In this document: in pieces, positions 55,701-64,000 of the stretch | How the letters are laid out: each line of letters begins with the position of its first letter | Numbering within the stretch: the stretch's first letter is position 1 | DNA from: Eledone cirrhosa | Taxonomy: Eukaryota | DNA length: 64,000 nucleotides | Direction: 5' to 3' | NCBI GenBank assembly: GCA_964016885.1 | Contig: OZ024740.1 | Span: 198,152,001 to 198,216,000, forward strand | Translations under genes and position numbers: made by a program | The notes under the pieces: model-generated | The model's input: only the letters and a program-made list of their open reading frames with translations | Database searches by the model: none | Told to the model about the DNA's origin: nothing

Positions 55701-57539
55701 CGTCAGATGTAGTTAAGACTGAGTTATATATCCTAATGAGAGATCGTAATGCACATTGGCATTGCTAACTTAATATTGACAGAAGTGTTTGAAAGGAACG
55801 GGGAAACCTTATTAGACTTCTGTTCTGGTAATGGGTACTCTATTATGAATACCTTCTTCCAACACAAATACATCTATAATTATACATGGTGTAAGGGAAA
55901 TTGGGGACAGATGTGAGTAATTATTTTGTTTTATTGTTTCTGATCTCTTCGATTCTGTGCTGGATATTCGTGTTGAGAGAGGTAATTGATGTTTAAAGTC
56001 CGAAGAGAGTTTAGACACATTGGCGAGATTTGAAACAAGACCTTTTGCCAATTTACCTTGTCGCTTTCCAATTTACCACCTAATAAACTATATGTCTGAT
56101 GGTATAGAGTTGTTAGATAGTATATATTTCAATTATGACCGATATTTCCTTGCTAAGATCCTATGTTGCTCTGTGAACAACGGCATGGTGTTAATGAACC
56201 GTATTTTATTTTCCATAATCTCAACGCTGTTGTTTTTTTTAAGGCCATATTTGCTTTATTTTATTTTAATTTAGTTTTATATGATACCACATAAATAATA
56301 TTATTTATTCATATCTCATCGCCTGAAAACAGTAACACATACTTACGTGTCAAGGTATTCCATAGCGAGCTTTCTAAATGAATTTTTTAGTAGATTTAAT
56401 AATAAATATTCAATACTCAAGTAGTTTGGCTATCTTCGAATCAACTCTCTTCGCTCTTGATCTCAGGTAATATAAATTTCCTGTGAGAATTTTTGATGAT
56501 TTATAGGTGGTTGGTGTGACTCCTAAATAATTTATACGTCCATACTGTAATTCCTGATTGATGAAATTTAATTATTTCATGTTTGCTGTCATGTTGACTT
56601 TATCCCGGACTCTTTGCTATTCATACATCATATCGCCCTATTTTTTTTGTATGAAATATTCATACTTAGCATTTTGAAATATTCATATGTATACATTTTG
56701 CTGTTATAGAACAGTATCTCATTTATTGTGTTTATGGTTGATTAAAATGTGTTAGATACTGATTTAGGTTCAGCTAAGACTGTAATTACGGCTCACATTC
56801 TAATGTACATGCAACTGTATATTTACTTGAGCTGCAATAACCATATACATTTAAATTATGAAAAACCTGATATCTCTTTCGATTCAGAATAGTTTTTGTA
56901 TATCACATGTACTTTTAATATGATATGACCCAAATTAACATAGCAGTAGTATGTATATCTATGGTTGTGTGGTTAAATGTATGAGTAAATAAGGACATGC
57001 ACGTCATATTAACTAGATGATGAACTTGAATATTTCAACAGAGAATACATGTATCGCTTGGTATGAATATTTGAAGAATACCTCCATCATAATTCTTAAA
57101 ATATGACAAAATATTATAGAAATATAACGAATATATTAATACGAATGTCAAGAAAGAAACCTTATCTCTACAGAAAATGTAGAATAAATAGAAGAAAGAA
57201 TTTTATGTGACATATATCATGAAATGATAAATTATAGGAGAATATTAGCATAAAGTAAAAGAAGTACTTAAAGAAAGTTGAAGCAAATGTCTAAAGACAA
57301 GCGCATAAATGTAAATATATGTAAATTACTTGGAGGAATAATAAAAATGTAAAAGGAAAATAATAACATTCAAATAATACATTCAAAGCAGTAAAGAAAG
57401 ATATCAAATAATAAATAATATCTAAAGAGAAAAATATAACAGTTAGACTGGTATTTCTAATAATTGAAGAATTGAAGAATAATCTGAGAAACTAGGAAAT
57501 AAACAGCAAAAACGATAACAAATGTAGAAATAAAGCTTT

Positions 57540-57705
57540 CAAATTGAGGCACAAGGCATCTGATTTTAAGATGAAGGGAATGTCTATTAAACGGTCAACA
57601 ATATTTTACTGAAAATTTATTTTATTGACCCGTCGAAGGGTGAAAGGGAATATTGATCTCGGTGGAATTGGAAATCAGAACGTAAAGGACTGCAAGTAAA
57701 TGCCA
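57540..57705 (-). mobile_element. Old SINE remnant (main family)
   Basis: Reverse complement contains ttctgatttccaattccaccgagatcaatattccctttcacccttcgacgggtcaataaaataaa and gccttgtgcc. Confidence 0.6.
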
Positions 57706-58701
57706 TCATTCGATAAGAGTAAGGGACCCAGAAATAAAGAATGAAGAAAAGGGAGCTAACAAGGAAGTGTATGATAATAGAATGGACTTTCGTCGGTTTC
57801 GACGATTAGTGTTCCAGTTGTTCGAGCCACGATATAGTTTGCCAGTGAAATCAAAATTCAAGTGGCTGAACATTCCACAGTTACATGTACCCGTAACGAA
57901 AAATTCAGCCTTTTTACTTAGAGATACAATCAATCCGAAAGGCTTCCAAACAATTTTCTCTTCCTCAATTTTCCGTAAAATGTTGGGCCCGAATCGAGGC
58001 TATGGTAATTGATACTTGGCAATGATACTACGCAGTGGAACTGAATACAAGACCCCATGTGTGCAAAGCAAACTCCTTAACTCGGAGATCATCCTTAGTC
58101 CACTAATAGAAAAGTATGGAAGAAAGAAATCAGTAAAAGAAATTCAATATTGATAAAGTGTGAATGAAAGTACGAGTGACTGAATGAGTGAGTCAGTGAG
58201 AGAATGAATAACTGAGTGAGTTGGTATATCAGTAGGTGAGAGAGAGGTGGGGAGTCTGTGTGAGGGAGAGAGAGAGTGTTTTTACGTAGAAGTAGGTGTG
58301 TGTAGGTGACTGTGTGAATGTGTGTGCGTGAGTGATTAAATGGGTGGACGTGTGTGTGAATGTGTGAAGAGAGAGTATCTGAGAGTGAGTGGGTGCATGA
58401 GCAGCTTCGTGAGAGACCTGCGGCTTTGGAAGCATATGATGATGTTGACCAGTTCTCCCTTTCGGGTAGCGTTTTCGATGCTCAGAGAGTGGCAAGGTCG
58501 AGTGCAAGGCCTTTCCCCACTTAAAAAACCTTCAAAGCCTAGGCATTGCTTGTTCAGGATCTGTTACAGGTTCGTGTGGCTGGCCGTAGCCTAAAAGTGC
58601 ACCAAACTATATAATCTAACAAGCGATTGCAGTACTTTTAGCAGAGTTTGCAGCCATTATGTATGTATGTACATATGTTCTTCTGGTTTTATTATTTTAT
58701 A

Positions 58702-59527
58702 CTAGCATTAAAGCTCGGCGTTGCTCGGGGTCAGTAAGTTACCAATGTTAGGTTGCACCACCCATTTTATGGCAGCACGTTTTTGTCTGCCAGGCACTGG
58801 GTGAATGAATTGCAGACCTGGACTGCCGAAGCAGGAGCTGCGCTAGCAGTGACAATTGTAGTTTCGCCTATGGATATTATCTCTGTGCAAAGAAGTGTTG
58901 AAATTTATTGTTTCACAGTACTTGCGCAACACGCGCGTAGACGATGCCGGCCGAACAACAGAGCTGCGATGGAGTTGTTCTGCATGGTTGTCTAATGTGT
59001 GTTTTCTAAATTTAAGACAGTAGGGAGTGATGTGATATGGGGGAGAGTTAGCTGCTGTTTCTAGCAGGTTTAGTGACCTCAGGATATGTTTTCTAAATTT
59101 AAGACAGTAGGGAGGGGTGTGATATGGGGGAGAGTTAAGTTCTCTTTGTCATTGAAGTAAATAAATGTTTGACCGTTCCACACTAAAAAACAAACATTCT
59201 CTCTCTCTCCCTCTCACTCTCTTCTTTCTCTTCGGCGTTCCTAAAGGAAGTTTGTAAGCATGTATGTAGTTTTATCGAATTTGAAGGGGAGTAGAGAGAG
59301 GTAGCAGATTCTATTAGAGGGATAAAGCGTCATGTATTTAGGTTTATCGATTATTTCCATAATTGTGGGTGAGATTGAATGGAATAAATAGTCGGTGACC
59401 TAGGTTAGTCCATTTACAACATTCTCACAGACTTTGAATCGAATCGGTTTGAAATTGTGCAAATGTATAAACATGGAACATGTACACACACACACAACAA
59501 CAACAATCTGCCTTTTATAGATAATGA
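58702..59527 (-). mobile_element. Non-autonomous Helitron, ~830 bp
   Basis: Minus strand: A|TCattatctataaaaggcag..tgtgtgtg at 59527. 3' hairpin ccgagcaacgccgag then CTAG|T (58702-58705). Internal ~50-bp direct repeat at ~59000 and ~59086. Confidence 0.7.
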
Positions 59528-60401
59528 TATTTTCAGCAATAGAAAGAGATAGTGAGACAGTTCCTGACAGAGACACAAGTATCGTTCTTGGAATATAGAC
59601 ATAATCTAGGCAAATACGTAATTTTGTATGTGTTTGTGTGTGTGTGGGGTATGTGTATGTGTGTCAGCGTGTGTGTTTGTGAGTGTGGTAAGGTATGGAG
59701 GTTATTGTAGGTGTGGATTTTTATGTTTTGTGTTAAATATGTGCAGCTGCATATGTTTCTGTATCTATACATGTGTATATGCAGTTATTATATGCTGGAT
59801 TCCTGAAATGTTTCACACATCTTTACAGTTCCATTAATGGATTGTCCTTGCAACTTCCTAACTTTTCCGGTTCTGTGAAGCCAAGCTTCTCCAGATTTAT
59901 ACTGTGGCAATTAGTATCATATCACAAAGGGACGATGATCGCAGGTACAAATATAAAGGTATAGTTAGGGTAGAGTATCAGGAGACTCCTCATTTGTTCA
60001 ATATAAATGTCCCCCTTTTCGTTAACCTTCAGCATTATTTTGACATCTGCTGGACTCTGGCAGGAATGGCTCCTTTACTTAAAGGAACAGTGAGGAGATA
60101 CAAGGATAGCTATAGCAGAAATGTTACATTATTGGCCGACCTTAGAGACATGACTGTCAAGGTATATCTAGAGGGGAGTTGAATTAGAGGACAGAGAGCC
60201 ATATTAATAACTATTTGACGCTCTATCATATCCCCTATAAGATTTGTATAAAAAATTATGAGTCGTGGGTATATTGCGGAAATGTTACACTTCGTACATA
60301 TAGAAAATTATTCATAGGATTAAGAAGAGATAAAGCATAATTCAAGCTGAAAATCTGTGATATTGTTGTATTTCTGATTGACATTATTAAATTTTCTGGT
60401 T

Positions 60402-60566
60402 AAACTCGGCGGGATTTGAACTCAGAAGAGTTACGGCCCTTGCAATTCTGAGTTCAAATCCCGCCGAGGTTAACTTTGCCTTTCATCCTTACGGGGTCGA
60501 TAAAATAAAGTACCAGTAATACACTGGGTAATTGCTGGCCTTGTGCCTAACGTAGAAACAATTATT
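60402..60566 (+). mobile_element. 5'-truncated SINE with an inverted duplication of its B-box region
   Basis: ctcggcgggatttgaactcagaa (60404-60427) is the reverse complement of ttctgagttcaaatcccgccgag (~60446-60468). Confidence 0.85.
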
Positions 60567-62519
60567 AAATTTCCTGGTACAATACAAGGGTTGGACAAGA
60601 GAAAAAACCACTGTCGGTTTCAACATGTCGATCAACGGAATAGTCTGTTCATGAATTGTTTTCATTGAATTTTCATTCCAGATATTATATATATATATAT
60701 ATCATTAATAAATATACTTTTGATTAAATTGCACCTGGTGTTACAATTTCCTGGACACTGTTATGAATAATAAATATGGCTTGAGATGACATTTTGACAA
60801 GGACGGACGAATTTCAATACATTATGGTGTTTGTCATATGAAACAATTAATTTCAATAATATCTTATCAAATAATATTTTATCAATAATATTTTATCAAA
60901 TTCGTGTTATAGAACGTCACATATATTAATTTATATGTTTCGAATCTACACACTCGGTAGAGCATCTGTGAAGTTTTGTGAGTGATATTCATTGAAATAA
61001 GAAATTATAATAAACAAATCAAATAAGATTAACATTTCAATTTATTGCTGTGTCGCAGAATTCTTTTAGCTAAATGATGTGCCAAGATTGATAATTGTCT
61101 TAGTAGTAATAACTCTCGGGAGAAGTGGTTAGAAATTGGTCTACATATAAGAAGCCTTCCCAATTCATGTAACTATTTCAGCCTTTAGATTGTTACATTC
61201 TAAAGAAAAACGACTAAATCCAGAACATTGCAGCTAGATGCTCTTCTGCTGTCAACTTTTTGTCACTACTTGGGTGTTGGAGCGCCTTAATGACAAGTTT
61301 CTTTTGTCATAGATGTATATACCATTTAACTATTGGAGACGTTGTTTGTAGGATATATAAACTTTATTTGAAGTTCTGTGAAGTTTCCTTCGGTTCCTCC
61401 TCAACAAAATTTAGATGGACACCTTTACCCTTGCATCTGTCATTTTCTTATATCTTTGGACTTTTTTTTACAGAAATCACTAGTTGTTATATAAATAAGG
61501 TAAGAAAGATTAAATAATTTTTTTTGTGAAATTCTTTATAATTTTAAAACGCTATATACGTATGTGATATGTGGATATAAGCAAGGTAAAATTGGGTGTG
61601 AGAGAGAGAGGGGTGTGGGGTGTGTGAGAGTGTGTGACAGAGTTTTGATGGCAAGAGAAATAGTAACGGTGTGAGGAAGAAGAACGGGAGAAAGATTAAT
61701 CTCAAAGGGTAATATAAAGGTTTGGTTTGAGGCAGAAGAAAAGAACGCTATTTATTTGTGTGCTACTGGATAAGGGAAATTGTAACGTTATAAGGCAAAA
61801 GAAAGAGACGGCCATTTATTTGAGTGTTAATAGGAGGAGGAAGTAGGAACTTCATGAGAAAGAAAAAAGGAAAGGCATTTCCTTGGGTATTGATTTAATT
61901 CAATGAGACAGAAGATAGAGAATGCGATTGACTTACATTATGTTACTGACAGACTCAAACGCTTAAACATACACACACATGATATACTGAAACGTGCAGC
62001 TGGTGTTGGTGCTGGATGGGGTATGGTGAGGAAAGTGACGACAATAGTTAATTTTTTTAAAGTAACATATATACATTTTTTACTTCTCAAATAATTAAGG
62101 CATGTGTTAAACTAACCTTTTATATATAATTAAGTTTCCAATTATATTAGCTCATTCAATTACAATTAATAAAGTACAGATTGAAATACTTAATAACAAG
62201 GATTTACAGTGTTTTACGAGTTAAATTTTCTAGGGCTATAAAATTAACTGATGTTCTTGTTAAGGTATATAATATCAATAAGCAGGGTAAAACAAAGATC
62301 ATATTATCATTAAGCTATTATACATAAGGAAATATTAAATAAAAGACATAAATTGTGATAATGATAATTATCTGACAACTTAAATGATACAATGATCAAA
62401 TCTATTATTGTCTTAGTTGCCAATGACAATTGAATTTCCATGACGCCAGCTGGTACGAAGGTTTATGCACTATATCTAAATTTATTTCAACTCATTTCTT
62501 TTCCCTTTCCTTTTCCGTT

Positions 62520-63420
62520 TAACTAATCTGTCTCGACCTCGTTTCTCGCTCAAATGTCTTGCCTCCTATTTATTATATTTATTATATTTATTATATTGCA
62601 AAATAATCTTTTTATATACACCGATTGACAATGAATTGCGAAAAGTGCATGCTCAAAGTTGACTAGTTTCCTCATATGTGTTTGGAAAATACTTCTTAAT
62701 TTCTTTTTAAAAAACAACATCACCTTAACTAAAGGAAAAAACTCAAAATCTTCCCGCCATAACAATTTTCTTGAGGTTTCTCAAAGTTCCATGAATCTAA
62801 CTTTGTACCATCGTTGTACATAGCTACGTTTATACAACATATGAATCCAGTGAACTTGTGATTCTTTATTTATCATAAATTCATGGAATTATTAGAAAGT
62901 GAGCCCTAGTGTAAAACTTGTCAATGATGAGGCCCTTATGAAGATTTCAATCATACGTTTTGTATTAACAAAATATTCACTAGCGATTGCTATATGGTGG
63001 TAATAACTACTCCTTCAAAATGTAAGTCGAGTAATTTGATCTATCAACAACTAAATGAAGCCTACATGGACACTAACTATAAAGGATGGTGAGAACGAAG
63101 GACAAGGGTACTCCAAGTTACTTTATTGCTCTATCAATCATAATATGGTAGAAAATGATGTATAAGCAATATGACTGTTGAATAAGGTGCACGCCATTAT
63201 GGATCTACGGTAGAATCATGCTCTTCCGTTTATGCATGGTCTCAGCAGACGTAATGTCGAAAGTGTTAGCTCAGTGGGGTTTATTGTTGTGGTTGACCAA
63301 CTTCTTCGCGATCGCATGCCTTCTATGGTAAACGTATCAAACTGCAGCCTGTACTTCAAAAACATACGACCTTGAAGATCATTAAACATTTTTCTTCAAA
63401 TATAGATGTCAATATTATTT
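62520..63420 (-). mobile_element. Possible very old BEL/Pao-type integrase remnant
   Basis: Only traces on the minus strand: tggcgggaagattttgag (W.G.FE-like), cttcatttagtt (.HL.), tttgatac...agaaggcatgcg (FWI..GR-like). No ORF. Confidence 0.3.
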
Positions 63421-64000
63421 GTCAACCTCTCTATGAATATCATATGTCTTTTTGTATGAAACAATGAAACAAAGTATTATGTTATATACTGGAACTTAAA
63501 TTAGATTGCCAATTATTTTGTTTGTGTTTTTAGAAATAAAAATCATTACAGAACCCTACAATTCTTTTCCCTTCATTAAACAATATTTGAAGATTCGTTT
63601 CTATGAATTTCTTATTTTGTATCTCTTTAAATTTTATATAGCATATCTCTTAAACACTATTTATCTGTTGCAACTATAATTTTTTCCTCATGTAAACTTT
63701 GGAATTTTACTTTACAGGAAATATATTTCTTTTTACAACATTGCGGGAACTCTGGTCTTTTACGTGCAAATGTTTGCTGCTAAATAAAGTATTAATATGT
63801 GCCGACGCAGTGATTCCCTCAAGATCAACAAGATAAAGTTTGCAAACATTCAATTTGGTTGAGTTGGAAATAAAAAAAATTCTTTAACTCTAAATCTTAT
63901 TACAAATGGACGCTTGAAAATGTAATTTCTGCAAGAAATGTTGTGTTGTGAAGAACATTATAAATCTACAAGTGGTAAGAGAAATATCATATATTGGATT

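Noticed and set aside
59900-60340. Possible old CR1/L2-like 3' region on minus (GDMI-like trace)
   Set aside because: Too decayed to support a call.
60578-61440. Possible Tc1/mariner TIR (tacaagggttggacaa) and transposase trace
   Set aside because: No matching second TIR and no readable DDE/DDD motif.

Overview
This is AT-rich, microsatellite-saturated animal genomic DNA with no supportable host protein-coding gene. The SINE repertoire suggests an octopus or other cephalopod (inference). Nearly all listed ORFs are translations of (TA)n/(CA)n/(GA)n repeats. Recognisable elements: three Penelope-like elements (PLEs: a near-full-length Hydra-type copy plus Neptune-like and Nematis-like GIY-YIG fragments), a ~6 kb decayed Rep/helicase Helitron with both ends, two short non-autonomous Helitrons, RTE, CRE-like, R4/Dong-like and APE-LINE fragments, and about 15 tRNA-derived SINEs. 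The main signal is non-coding. About 14 complete or near-complete type I hammerhead ribozyme (HHR) motifs and several half-motifs, from at least 8 unrelated sequence families, sit in short elements inserted in (TA)n. Most share one architecture: (TA)n / short inverted arm ending at a fixed TA-microhomology point / centre / long arm with a 60-150 nt tail / (TA)n. Top candidate: 46400-47532, a 468-nt tandem repeat with one intact minimal HHR per unit, i.e. a non-LTR retrozyme predicted to yield a 468-nt (circular) RNA. All structures were read by eye; no folding or database search was run.
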